A model generated the notes under the pieces. That model had not been told where the DNA came from. It saw only the letters and a program-made list of their open reading frames with translations, and searched no databases. Shown here one piece after another: positions 30,422 to 44,138 of a stretch of 64,000 nt of DNA. Source of the stretch: Adineta vaga (Eukaryota > Animalia > Rotifera). Location: positions 6,138,001-6,202,000 of the forward strand of contig CP075492.1 of NCBI GenBank assembly GCA_021613535.1, in the 5' to 3' direction. Within the stretch, counting starts at the first letter, position 1. Each line of letters begins with the position of its first letter. The translations under genes were made by a program, and so were the position numbers.

Positions 30422-32156
30422 ATGGTGTGTATTTTCTTACAGTTATAAACAAAAATAACTTCGATTCGACGTAATGTTCCGATACACCAAATATACTGTT
30501 TTGAGTTGTACTCCGATGTTGGAATGCTCTCAGTATTTGTAAAAAAATTATATGAAGGAATCGTTTGATTGAAGTTTATTAATCTATAATAAAAAAGGAG
30601 ATGAAAGCAATCAGTCGACGTATCCATAGTTTTAGCCTATGTGTATGTGCTTTCATTTTATTCAATTCTGTTTTCCTTTCTTCTTTTGACGATAAAATTA
30701 GCAAGCGAAATTCTTAAGTACTCTGAAGATGATCAACAATCAGCATGAATAATGCATGGAATATAAAACTCAATAAGATTAGATGGCGTCCAATGAAAGC
30801 ACTATACAACTATTACATTTCGTTAGATATCTACTTTACTGTTGATTCTCTTTCTTGCTGACAAGCATTTTCTATGCAAGGATTGCGAAATCTACCGATT
30901 TTATCTCTTTGGAGTTCTATTAAGGTCGGTTAATCTCTGTTTGTTTGGATAATAGTTAATAGTCAAATTAAGAAATAAGAACTATGAATACTATGACAAA
31001 ATTCATTGATTAGTGTTTTCACCGAATAAGGGTATTAATGAAATCGGTTTATCGATGATTCAATGAATATGATCTAGGTTCTAACGATTATGCATAACTC
31101 AACGGGCACTAACCCATGCAGACATGTTGACGCCAAAAACGGTGTTTCAACGCGTTTATGTGCAAAAACATTGAAAAAAACGCTGTAAAACTGGTTAAGA
31201 TGATTTTTAAAAGGCTTAACGTGTTTAAACCAGTTTTTTAATTTAAACAGGCTTTAACGCACTGAGTCCACGAAAATTATGATTTGATGTGGTTTAACGT
31301 AAAAATCAAATCGTTTTCAATGCGTTTGTACATAAGACATAGAACCGATAACAAGTGTCTCGGTCAAATGCATTTTTGTTTTCATTCTCCAGAAACAACG
31401 CATTTTAATGAGTTGATAGAATGTCATATAACTTTATTAGAATGTGTTATTTATCTTGTCAAAGAAAGACGACAAACTTTTATGTGCTAGAATATAGATT
31501 TGAAAATTGATAAAAAAATATTGAGTCAATAAGTGGATAAATATTTGTATTTGCGCCAAATCTAAAGGCAAGTTTTTGTATCAAATATTCGTAATAAACA
31601 GGTTCGATGGATGATCCATGATTGAAATCCTTAATTTTCACTAACATAAACTATGATTTTACTAACTTCACATTTAATAACTGTTCGTAGACATATCGAG
31701 CATAAAGCATATACTTTAGATAATCTATTATAGAGCAACTAAAGTAAAACGCGTTTCCATTAGATATTGACCCATCACTATTAGTATTTTTATCGACTAA
31801 TGACGTCACTCTTCGTTGTTTTCGGTTAGTATAAAAGAAAAGACGGAGATGCAATAAATCATTTGTTTCGTTTTACACTCAATTAATCGGTGTATTATAT
31901 ATTCATATTTATTATCTTTGCTCATACAAAAATATTCATACGCTATCTAATTATATATAACAAGATAATTTATATTTCTCATATTCTTTGTTGCATCAGT
32001 TTTTACTTAATGATATTTTCTATAACAAGTCCGTTAGTCGAGTCAAACTGATTTCTAAAATACGCAATACTAATGTTATCTGACGAAAGAGAATAGCCAA
32101 GACAACCATTTTCTTCTCTTGAAATAATTCAATTGAGTTTTTCTACATATTGAGGT

Positions 32157-32250
32157 CAATATATATCGTAGGACAGATTAAAATTAAGTTCAATTTAAAA
32201 CTGAACTAGTGCAGATCAAAATATTTCAATCTGTCCTACAACATATATAT
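32157..32250. repeat. Short imperfect inverted repeat
   Basis: atatatcgtaggacagattaaaat pairs with atttcaatctgtcctacaacatatat. Confidence 0.6.
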
Positions 32251-32480
32251 GAATACATTATGATTACCGAGATAAGAGGAAACATCAAATAATCATGATA
32301 GAGAAAGTATACAGAGAGAATTTCTTCGTTAGATGTTTGAATCGTTAAGTTATCTATTTAGTCGACGAGTACCGAGCGAGAATATCCACTACACTATTTT
32401 TCATGACAACAGATTTCGACACTACAAAAATTCAATAGAGTAGATTCAAAGTAAGCATACGTGAGACATGAATAGCATAC

Positions 32481-32997
32481 CGATAAACTCATACAACAAA
32501 TATGAATAGTATTTAGTAGCAGTTAGACGATATCATGTAACACTGCTTCGTATATTAAATCAAATATTGACAGTGTAAGGATTCGAACAATATTATTCTC
32601 ATTTGTAGAAAGACTGTAAATATTGACAAAGTCATAATATTTTAGCGAATATCTCGAAGTTTTCTTGAACATTTTGTCTTTAATAACCAAACCAGTCCTA
32701 CATAATGCCAAAATACTTAATATAAAACAAATGACAACCTAGACTTCAAGAAATTCATCATTCGCTCCATTATTATGTGAGATTTGTTTGGTTATTAAAG
32801 ACAAAATGTTCAAGAAAACTTCGAGATATTCGCTAAAATATTATGACTTTGTCAATATTTACAGTCTTTCTACAAATTAGAATAATATTGTTCGAATCCG
32901 TACACTGTCAATATTTGATTTAATATACGAAGCAGTGTTACATGATATCATCTAACTGCTACTAAATACTATTCATATTTGTTGTATGAGTTTATCG
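32481..32997. repeat. Long inverted repeat: arms 32481-32692 and 32786-32997, 93-bp loop
   Basis: The 212-bp arms are reverse complements, with 3 mismatches counted by eye. Confidence 0.95.
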
Positions 32998-34047
32998 ATA
33001 TCCTACTCATTTTTAATGTGTCCAACGCATTATGATTCTTATCAAAACGGTTTGAATTACTCAGTTTAAAGATGCTGTTAAAGCAATGCAAAAAATGAAT
33101 TGCAGGAGAAATGCATTAGAATGGGTTTTTTTACTCAAATAGTTGTACACCATTAAAAATGTCCGAAATCATGCGTTTTAATGCATTAATATGATAAACT
33201 CAAAAAATTGTTTAGTTCACAAATAGTCAAAACTAGTTTAAAATAGGAAAAAAATGCGTTTGTTAAAACGCACAATTCCGGACATTTTTGACTGTGCGAA
33301 ACGCATTAAGTGAAAGAAAAGGAGCATTTGTTAAAACGCGTCAGTTTCATATTTTTGACTGCATGGGAATATCGATGGTGTTAGCCTCTATTACATAACA
33401 AAACTTAGACAATCATGATATAGACACATTTGCGAAATATAGTAGCATACTTTGCTTTTGTAGTACTCACATACAACGAAAATAATGTTGTTTTCATTAT
33501 GAACAAGATTTTTTCATTTTTTCTGTTCTTCTCTTCTATAGAAGAAGTAAAAATTCTTGATCTATAATACGAAATCGTTTGTGTAAGTACTTTTTCGTTC
33601 CTATAGCATAAAGACTGACTAGAAGAAAGATAATACTTTTATTGTTTGCTCTTCATATTCTTTTTTCAAAAATCATGTGTGTAAATAAAGAATGATGAAG
33701 CATTATATTCCTGAAATGACAGCAAAGAAAATTATCCGTCTACAACTACAACTATAGCATTTTTTCAACATAAAATAGTTGGAATTAGTAAGCTTTTCTG
33801 AATCTATCAGCTTTTTCTTCTAGTAACGAATTTTTATCTTGTTATTCAATTTTCTCAATGACTTTGATAAAACTATATTAAAAGTGAAGTTTAACTGCAA
33901 TAAATAAAATAATGGGAATATACATATAACTCAGATATCATAGCCATAAAAATCTTTATTTATCAATAACAACGCCATAAACTATATATATATGCATGAA
34001 ATGTAATTTTCATCGCATAGTTTGTTTTTAGTTTAAATTTGATCGAT

Positions 34048-35183
34048 ATGGCTAGACGTTCTCAACACAATAAATTTCAACCACCAACAGAAGCTCAACG
34101 TATTCAAGCTCTTGGTGAAATCGATAAAGTTAGTCTTATTCAAACACATAATACAACTAATTTAACTATATTTATTCTTTTACAGTCGTGTGAAGATATT
34201 CAAGATGTTCTCACACTTGGCATTGATCAAAGTTTTCCACCAATTCCAAAACCAGATAAAGGTGATTGGCTCAATATATGTAAAGAAGACGGACAAACAG
34301 TACAAGAATTTGAAAGATCACAAAAAGCTTTACCAAGTTCTAGGTTAATACATACATTTTTTTTCGTGTCAGTAATAAAACAAATCAGTTTTGTTATTCA
34401 TATAGATGTAACATAATTTACCTTCAACCTTTTGGAGATTTCAATAGTCCAAGGTAAATTGATTTTCTTTAATTGAAGAAATATATTTTAAACTATTTCT
34501 CTAGAACACCAAGTTTGGACATCATCTGTCAATTCTCTCGAATATTCTTTCCTGGATGTCAAACTGAACTATTACCATCAGTTGATTTGAATGATAATAT
34601 GAGACAACGTATCAATACATCCACTCATCAATCACAATATTTAATATCTGATTTTACTGAATATTTGAAGCAAATGCAACAAAAACGAAATAATCCTCAG
34701 GAATTATTTTCTATTGGTGTTACTATGGTTGATATTTATCCCAATTTAAAATGGAATTTTGTTTTTGGTGAAGCCTCTGTTGCCGATGGGATCGGTTTAT
34801 TTTCATTTGCTCGATTTGATCCATTATTTCCTCATCCTTCTGTGGAATCATTTCAACAATTATGTACTCAAGAAGAAAGAGTTTTAATCCTTCGACGAGC
34901 TTTAAACACTTATATACCTGAAGTAATGCATTTGTTTGGATTAAAACATTGTATCTACTATTTATGTTTAATGAATGGAACTAATGGTGAAATAGAAATG
35001 GATAATAAATTGTTATATCTTTGTCCAATATGTTTGAGAAAAATGTCAATCGTATTTAAAAATCAAAATTATGATATTATACATATGTATAAAAATCTAT
35101 CTGAATTATCAAAAACGTTGGGATTTCAACAAGAAATTGCTTGGTACACAAATAGATTACAAATATTAAACAAAGATTCATAA
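34048..35183 (+). CDS. Archaemetzincin (peptidase M54, AMZ-like), multi-exon
   Basis: GDWL..EDGQT, IYLQPFG, DIYP..WNFVFG, FSFARF, xEVMHLFGLKHC...CLMNG and LCPICLRK. Confidence 0.88.
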
Positions 35184-35531
35184 TAATCGTTTGAATGAAA
35201 GGAATGTTAATTTGTATGGAATAAAAACTTCATTGAATAACAGAACAATTGTTTTGAAAGATGAATTTCTTTGTAATCTTTTCATGCGCAAAAATAACTG
35301 CTATAAATATCCATATATCACCTATAAAGATATTTTTAAACTTAATTGTAATGTTTATTAGTTAATTACTTGTGACAAGTATACGATGACTGACGAAAAA
35401 GTTATATCGATGCTTTTTCCTACTTTTCAAGTAGTGCACCATTAACATTATAGATAGTATGAACAAAAAATAAGGAAAAATACAATAGTGTTCTTTGTAA
35501 GTGTTATAACTGATGTTAAATTATTCTCACA

Positions 35532-36557
35532 TTACTCAACTTGTCTGAAGCATATTTCAAACACCGTTTCAGCATCTAAATAATTGTCAGTAGTGGATTT
35601 TAGTCTAAACCATGGACATGCTTGTAAACGACCACGAATTTCATCAATTTTATCGTATTGATAAGTCGAAAAATCAAAATCGATATGAGCATCTGTAATA
35701 TGCTCAACTAATCGTATGAATTGGTTAGGATTTATAAAATAAGTTTCGTCTCCTGTAGTACCTACCGGCCAATATGATATGCTTAGATGACGAAGCGATG
35801 GTAACGCACGAATTAATTGTTCACAAATCGATCTTTCTGCTACCATACGATCGAATTTGAGTATTGCCAAATGATGATGAACAAATTTTTCACGTGGAAA
35901 TGAACAGAATTCATTCCAAGTTAATGTATCAAATTGCAATTCACGTAAATTGGGCATATACTGAAGAATAAGCAGAATGAATGATGTTGAAATAGTCGAG
36001 TTCATGTGAAGCTTTTTGAGAGTGTTGCTGCGTGTAAAATTTGTATCGCCATATTTTGGGAACCATTCATTCAAGATGCAAATGCGAAGATTTTTCATCT
36101 GAAGAATGGCTGAAAGAACCGAGCGTTTGTTGTTTCCATCGTTATTATGTGTTGTTTTTTTGATAGACAAATATTTCAAATCAGTCAAAATCGGAAGAAT
36201 ATCTATGATATTTTCGCAATGTTCTTTTCTGATGCTCAGAGTAAGACTTGTCAGATGAATTAAATGATTTGCATGACATTGAATAAATTGTACTAATGTC
36301 TCGCAAGTTTTATCATTTGTTTTAACAAAATAAAGATTCTCAAAGTTTATAAGAGAACAAATAGAATCATTTGAAGTTGATGAAAGAATATCTTCCGAAG
36401 AATCGATATTTGCGTATACACGTAAATGAGGCGAAGTAAGAATTGAATCAAAATAAGAATTCAGATTTCCAAAAGCATTAATAAGATCATGTGCTTCGAG
36501 ATGGCGAAAGATGATGAACAAAATTTCAACAGGTAATTGTTCAATTTTGAATGACAT
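35532..36557 (-). CDS. F-box/LRR-like protein
   Basis: N-terminal IEQLPVEILFIIFRHL..LINAFGNLNSYF followed by LxxLxL repeats. Confidence 0.8.
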   Translation of the reverse strand: MSFKIEQLPVEILFIIFRHLEAHDLINAFGNLNSYFDSILTSPHLRVYANIDSSEDILSSTSNDSICSLINFENLYFVKTNDKTCETLVQFIQCHANHLIHLTSLTLSIRKEHCENIIDILPILTDLKYLSIKKTTHNNDGNNKRSVLSAILQMKNLRICILNEWFPKYGDTNFTRSNTLKKLHMNSTISTSFILLILQYMPNLRELQFDTLTWNEFCSFPREKFVHHHLAILKFDRMVAERSICEQLIRALPSLRHLSISYWPVGTTGDETYFINPNQFIRLVEHITDAHIDFDFSTYQYDKIDEIRGRLQACPWFRLKSTTDNYLDAETVFEICFRQVE

Positions 36558-37078
36558 TTTCAAGAATGATGAAATAAATAATGGCACACCGTTCGTATAA
36601 TGCAAGCTATATTGTGCAAATATATGACTATCGTCATTCCGCTAATACATAATCAGATGTCATGTTTGAGCATAGAGGCAAAAAGGAAAAATAGTATGGT
36701 AGTGTTTATTGCAATGCTATATGTGTCTTAGTCATCGTGTCGTCGGCATCGAGAAAGAATAAAAGAGAAGCAATATAAAACGATGATAAAAAACCTTCGA
36801 TGTATACGACTGGCCTGAGAGAGAAATAAAATTCTTATTTACTGTTTTGTGTAAAGTATTCAATGATTAAGAGTTTGGACATGCTCGATAGTACAATGTA
36901 AATTATATTTTAACTTGAATTATTTATCTTGATCCAATGTCTCAAGTACAAAAATAATAATCTATGCACTCACTTGTTCCATATATATGTATATGTATTC
37001 TTATGAGAATATTCATTTAGATAGGCTGATTATAAATAATTTATTTGAAATTATCTAGTTTAATATTCTTTCACAAAA

Positions 37079-40000
37079 TCAATACAGATAACTCGTATGC
37101 TCTTTGAGAAAGTCTTCAATCCTTTTATCACCTTCTTTATTGTTCATAAACAAGTCTCGAACAAGTATCATCGGATCTAGATCGGACTCATTAGCTGTTT
37201 CTTTAATTTCCTCGGGTAAACCACAACTACCAACTTGGCATGGTGAATCCGCTCCATATAAACCCAAACAACAACCCCATATTAGTTTTGGTAATTTCAC
37301 AGATGTACCACTAAGAGCGTCACATGCTACTAACTTTGCTTTTTGTGTCATGGTTTGTGCTTGTTCACGAGTTATTTTACGCTGGTTTTCGACATCATAA
37401 ACAAAGGCATTATGATAATGACAACTACCATGATTCGTCTTTGATGGAATGTAATTTTGTTGACATTTTGGACATTTCTTGACTGTCTCATCATCCACTT
37501 GTTTCTTTTCTTTTTCAGCTATTTTCTTTGCTTCTCCTTTGGTCTTCTTAAAATCAATATCTTCTATGAGTAAATTACGTAAAAAGGGATTCTTCACTAT
37601 CATCACCATCCATTTCTCTTTTGGTTGATAGAAAATTCTTGACTAAAACATATATTTTGGAAAGAAAATTACAAATGAATTTCTACTCTAACTTACATCG
37701 TTAGTCATTTGTTTTTGTTCAACAACAGCGCTCTTACATTTCTCTCGAATGAACTGATATAAGCGTATGTTTGAAATCGATGTTGATTTTGACATAGCCG
37801 AATCGGAAACACTAAGCATTATCAATGAATCAATGTCAAAGATAAGCATCGATCGATTGTATTCTTCGCATTCTGAAACAAAAGTGTTTATCATGTAGTG
37901 TAATCGATTGCATAGAACATGTTACATACCTAAAAATAATGTTGTCAATAATTCGAAAATTTGATTTTCTTCGAATGCATTATTCTTAATTAGAAAATTC
38001 AAGTCAATTATTTGAAAAGTATCAATATTACGACTTGAACATCCATTAATGAAACGAGAAAGTAATGTCAATGTTGATGTTTCGTGTGAATGCAAATCCA
38101 ACGAATAAGATGGTATATCATTTGCAAATTCAATGACACATGTTCGATCTGTTAAATTAACAAGAATTCGACCAGAAGGAGGATGTTCGAGCGATTCGAG
38201 TGAATAATCTTTCTGATTATTTATTGAATCCGTACTAAGATAGAGACGAAATATGTTCGGTAAGGTTTCCATACCGAACCAACAACTAAATTCACGTGCA
38301 ACACCATCAGCTAATGTTAGAAGAGCATGTTCAGTCATTGGTTCTGACCCTTTAGCTTGATCTAAAGTAGCAACAATGTTCGATCGAAGTGAACCAATAG
38401 CAGCACCACTGAAATTCGTTGTTATTCGAACGAGAAAATCGATATGTCGACTGTCCAATTTGGGTCCATCTTTAACTAACAACGGCCGAAGCATATTCTC
38501 ACGAATTTTTGGTGATGGTCGACCTACAAAACATTTTCCTTGCATACGACGTAAAAATGCGTCATCCATCATATTTCGACGATTAGTTGCACCGAGTACA
38601 ATCAAATTTGGAATATCTTTTACACCTTCAATATGCGAAAGAAGTACACTAATACCGTCTACTTTCGATTGTTGTGCATTATTATCACGTTTTGGAACAA
38701 GTCCATCGATTTCATCAATAATCATTGTTGTTATCAAATATGGTATCGTATTTGAACGATGCATAATATCTACCAATAATTTTTCTGTTTCACCAACAAG
38801 TGGACGATTAAGTTCACCTGCAGCTAATGGGATCGTGATTGTTGTAATACCAGAAAAAGCAGCTGCACATTTTAACAATTCAGATTTACCTAAAATCAAA
38901 ATATAATGACGAATGAAAACAGTTAAGCATTACAGATAACAAAATAAAGTACACACCTGTGCCCGGTGGTCCATAAAGTAGTAATCCTCGTCCATATTTG
39001 ACTTTTAACTTTCGATGTTCATCAACCAAATTAAGATTAAGAAATGCATCAAGATCTCTTATCTGCATATCAAGATTGGTCAGCTTCTTCAATATCTCTG
39101 CATATTTATTATCTTTGACAGCAAAATCATCTCGTTTTCCATTTAGTTCATTTTCCAGTTTTCTCTTTTCTGCCTCGTAATTAACTTCAATTTGTTGTGC
39201 TTCTTCACGTCTCGATCGTTCAGTCATTATTCTAATTTTTCCCTCAAGTATTTCATCTTTTTTTCTTTTCATAATCGACTCGTCTGTAACTTTATTTTTG
39301 TAACCCAATTCAGCCAATTCAACTTCTTTTTGACAAATCGAACGTGTAAGGTTTTGAGTAGAATGTTCTTTACGTACTGAATTTCTTTCTTCCAATAATC
39401 GTGCATGATCTTCCATCCATTTCTTGCGTTTTTCATCATGTTTATCTTGACTTATTAGATTAGGTTTTAAACAGAATTTTCTCATATATGCATGAATAGT
39501 ATTAAGAACATTTCCATCATCATCATATTTTCGTCGCATTTCTTGAATACATAAATCAACAGCTTCTTCATCAAGATAAGATGTATAATCGAGAGTATCG
39601 GTAATATGATGAAAATAACGTCGGATACGATGAATATTTCCAAACAAGGTCGCTTTCGAATCATCGTATGGATTCTTTGCTCTATTTTCTGTACCTACTG
39701 ACGTGCCAAGTAGAATATAATCACGTATCATTTGTTTAACGAAAGATTTTACTAATACTAATTTATCCCAACAATCTTTATTGGCAACAACAGTACGAAG
39801 ATGTTGAACATTTGAAACATTTTCCACTATTGGACAAATTTAAGATATGAAAATAAATAAGAGATATATTTTTTACTTATATACTTATACATACGTTTCA
39901 AAACTTCTTCCCAAGTTTTTGCGTCCTGTTCACTGCATTTATTTTGTAAACAAATACGTTTGAGAAGATCCAGAAGAGTAACATCATCATTGGTTTCGAC

Positions 40001-40555
40001 AGCAGTTGCATTTGTTGTTGTTGTTGTTGTTGCTGATGAAGTAGTAGTAGTAGTTTGTGGAGTAGAGCATTTATGTTTAATTATTCGAACTGTTGTTTTT
40101 GATGTTGTTTTCCATACTTTTGGAAAAATGTTCTGTTTATCTTCATCATCACATTGATAATCAAGTTCTAATAAGTCAAGCAAGTAGTTGAAATCCCACG
40201 TTCCAAATGCGTCGTTTTTTCGTATGCACAGATCTGGTCGATAAATAAGACGTTCTTCTTGATTACTAATATCTGTTGCTTTACATGTTGAGTTGAGTGC
40301 ATATTGTTCCAGTATTGAACGACGATCTCCTTTTGCGTTCTTTGGAAGATACTCACATGAAGCCACCATTTGATCAACAAAACAATCCAATTCTTCATAA
40401 GAATATTTCATACGAATATTCAGGACCAGTTTATTGACAATCTCAGTTCTTGTAGCTTCATTATCTGTCATTTTAGGCGGTTCTTCAATATCTTCTTTGA
40501 GTTTTCTTTTTGGTACATATAGCTTGAACTTTATTTTCTCATTTGATTCACTCAT
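37079..40555 (-). CDS. NSF-like AAA+ ATPase with N-terminal helical/coiled-coil region, degenerate second AAA module and C-terminal Cys/His Zn motif, 5 exons
   Basis: GLLLYGPPGT/GKS, IIDEID, VLGATNR, FLRR and NFSGA; D2-like SMLIFDIDSL; CPKC..CHYH..WGCC..C. GT-AG introns link the five ORFs. Confidence 0.8.
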
Positions 40556-40763
40556 AAATTAATCTACAAAAAAAAAGTGTAGAATATCTGTTAATGCATA
40601 ATCAAATCATTTTAATTCATATGCTTGCTGAAGCATAAGCATAAGTTTGATTCTATTTGATAAGATAAACGACACAACGAAAAGAAAACTATGATATATT
40701 TCTCTAGAATAATGTACTTTTTCTCTCGATTACTGTCTTGAAATATGTTATGCAACGATCTTC

Positions 40764-43760
40764 TCAATTCGTTGTTGTTCGCATATGTAGATTTGTATTT
40801 TGTAGAACTTGTTGATTTTGAAGATGTATTACTTCAGGATGTTGCAATGCAATTCTGTTTGACTCTTCAATATATTTTTCTTGTTGTTTTTGGTGTTCCT
40901 CTTTAAATAATGTAATTTCATCGTCAAGTTCTTTTAGTTTTTCATTGCATTTCTTTTTCAACTCTTCATTTCCATTGAGACTTGTGCTCGCTTGTTCCAA
41001 CTGTTTAGTCAATTCGTCATATTTTACTTCATGTTGACGAATTTTTTCATTGGCATCATTCATTTGAGCATCAAGCGAATTTAATATGTTGTTCGATGCA
41101 TAAATGATTTTCTGTCCATTTGTTTGTCGTGTACGTTTATCAGTAATGATTTTAGTAGTATCACCAACTTTCGTGTTGGCATTTGCAATTTCACTTTTTT
41201 TCTGTTGTAATTTATCCTCAACAACTTTGGCATTATCACAGAGTTGTTTATCACGATTTTTCAATAATTCCAATTGTTGATCGAGAAGTTTTACCTTGTT
41301 TTCTTGTTCGAGAACTCGAGCACGTGCATCACGAAGTTCATTTTCTTTTTTGACTTTTTCTGCTTTGAGACCTTTCACTTCTGTATCTGATCTTGTCTTT
41401 TCAGCTGTTTTGTCTTTTATTTCTTTTTGTTTGTTCGTAAGTTAAATTGTTTTCTTCTGCAAATTGGTTTGAAGTGTAACCAGATCAGTTTGTCTCGTCT
41501 TTATGTCATTATTCAATTCTTCAACTGTCATTTTCTTTGCATCATATAATGATTGTTCATGCGTCATTTCACGTTCTTTAGCTTTGACTGTATTGTTCAA
41601 ATTACCAATTGTACTGTTCAAATTTGTGCTTTCATCTTTAAATAAATAAAAAAGAAGATAATGATGAGAATTTTCAAAAGTTTCGAGATTCCAATTCTAT
41701 TCGTTTTCTTTATCCATACCTTTTAGTTTTTGTACAGTGGTTAATTGTGTTTCATACTCGTTTTGTTTCTTTTTCAACTCTTCAAGATTAGTGTCCATGA
41801 CCTTTTTATGCTCTTCTATGTCGCGTCGTTGTCGTTCAATCTCGGTATTCACATTGGTAATACTGGTACTTACATCATCCATTTGAGTTTTATGTGACCT
41901 TAATTCTTCTTGTCGACGTTCCAGTTCAGTATTAGTCGTATTTAGTTGTGCATTCATTCGTTGAAGTTTAGTACCGTTTATGCGTAAATTTGATTCACTT
42001 TGTTTTTGTCGTCGGACAGCTTCTCGAGATTGTTCCGTTAGCTGTTGTACTTTGCTTGTTGCTGTATTTAAATCAGTTTTCGCTTTGTTGGCAACATTTA
42101 CTTGACTAGCGAGAGCTTCTTTCGTAGCTCCATGTTTTCGTGCACAATCACCTTTTTTAAATTCGATACCTTTGAGTTTATCCTTCAGTTCAGAGACTTT
42201 CGATTTTATTGTCCCGACATTATCTTTTGCTCTCTGAAGTCTTGCTTAAGCATCATTTGCTTCTTGTTTTTTGTCGGAAGCAAAACTGGAAATAAAAGGT
42301 ACCATTCCTACAAGACTCCATATAGTTTTCATCGATTTAGTTGCATTGACTTCAGCTTGAGCAGCTCGTACTTCATTTTCTGCAGCATATAGATTCCATT
42401 CAACTTCTCGTATTTGAATTCGACAACGTTCTTCATTATTTTTTTCTCTTTCATATTCACTTTTGTGTTCTCTCTCTTGCTGTTTAAGTTGATTTAAATT
42501 TCGTTGAGCTTCTTGATTTGCAGTTTCAGCAGTTCGTTGATCTTGAATAGCATCATTCTTCTGATTAACTAATCGTTCTGCATCTGAAGTTAATGTTACT
42601 ACTTCAGTAGTAAGTCTTTCTGCTTCACTATTAAGTCTTGCAACTTCTTCAGTTAATTCTTGCTGTTTGTTTGTAAGTTGTTGAACGAGAGTTTGAGTAC
42701 GATTGTTTACTTCCGTTGCAGCTTCTAATTTTTGTTGAAGACGTTTCAATTGATTTTGTTTATCAATAAGTGTATCATCAAGATTTTGAGCTGTTTTCTC
42801 CAATTCACGTTTTTGTTCTTCCAGAGCTTTTCGTTGATCATCGATCTCTTTCAATCGTACTTCTGCTTCATTTAAATGTTGTGTTATTTTCGCTAAATTT
42901 TCATTATGAGTTTGAATTTGTGTTTGCAATGTCTGTACTTGAACTTTCAATTGTTCAACTAATTCTCTAGATGTATCAACTTGTGTTTGTAATTGAACTA
43001 ATTCACGTTTCTTTTGATCAAGCATTTTTATTAATCTATCAATTGCTGTTGTCATTTGTTCAACTTCTTTTTTCAGATCTTTTTCTTGTAATTCAAGTTT
43101 ACGTGCTTCTTCTTGACAAATTTCAATTTCACGTTCAATTTTCTTGATAGCCTCTTCAGCTTTCACAATTGTAAGACGTATGTCTTCAACAGCGTTTTCT
43201 AACTTTGCTCGTTCTTTTTTTTCAGTATCCAATATTACTTGATTATCTTGTAATTCTTTTTGCATCCGTGCAATTTCGTGTCTTAATGTTCTCAGCGACA
43301 TTTCCAAGTAATTTTGTCGACTAGCATTTTCTCGATCTTTCTCGTTGATATCTTCTAATTCTTGTTGTAAGATTTTCTGTTCTTTTTCAAGTTCACTTTT
43401 ATGTTCATTATGATCTTTTAATTCACGTTCATAATTACCAACTTCTTCTTCGATTGCTTCAGTAACCTTTACTTCATTAGCGATTATATCCATTTGTCTT
43501 TGTCGTTGTTCCAATTGTTCTTTATATAATTTTACTTGTTCTTCTTCCAGCTTTTTCCATTCTTGAATTTGACCATCAATTTTATCATATAGTTTATTGG
43601 TTTGATCAAGAATGTTTGTACTTTGTTCTTCTAATCTTGTCTTCTCGTTATCATGTGGAGCTTTGTCATTTTCAAGTTCTCTAATTCCATTTTCATTTTG
43701 TTCTTTTGCTGCTTTTCTGTCTTCTTCGTTGTTATTGAATTCTTTTACGATCGATGCCAT
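40764..43760 (-). pseudogene. ~970-aa coiled-coil protein with two in-frame TAA stops and one intron (41636-41719)
   Basis: One continuous heptad-rich frame. TAA at 42246-42248 and 41442-41444 interrupt it without any frameshift. Confidence 0.75.
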
Positions 43761-43929
43761 TTATCTGAAATATATTTAAAATATGATTAAAAACGTACGT
43801 CTACTTATACAGGCTGTTATTCTTCAATTTCTTTTTCAAGAATCTGTTAACAAGTAATACACAGCTATAAGTTTAATCAAATTAAAATTTTCTTTCCATG
43901 ATAGCAACAGAATTAAGTATCAGAAGACT

Positions 43930-43960
43930 GATATATATTATATATATATATATATATATT
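43930..43960. repeat. (AT)n microsatellite
   Basis: atatat run. Confidence 0.8.
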
Positions 43961-44138
43961 ACTGAAAAACAATTAAAATGTGATACTAGTTGAAGTAAAA
44001 TAAAAATAACTGAAGGGTTTTTCATCAAATCATTATGATCTTCGAATATTTTTCTCTAAATACAAAATATAATATGTAAAAAGACTAAATAACAAAAAAT
44101 TTAGTTACTAACTGGTATTGAATCTACCTTTATCGAAA

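Larger units (their letters stand above)
31113..33367. mobile_element. Non-autonomous TIR DNA transposon, CMC/EnSpm-like
   Basis: Ends CCCATGCAG...CTGCATGGG, flanked by AA on both sides (candidate 2-bp TSD). Many subterminal AACGC/GCGTT repeats at both ends. No transposase ORF. Confidence 0.7.

Noticed and set aside
29329-38955. Introns split the Walker A motif (GT/GKS) in two unrelated NTPases
   Set aside because: Explained by G-rich proto-splice sites in Gly codons.
40764-43760. Ciliate genetic code (TAA = Gln) as the explanation for the in-frame stops
   Set aside because: Only two TAA among many CAA codons, and neighbouring genes use TAA as stop.
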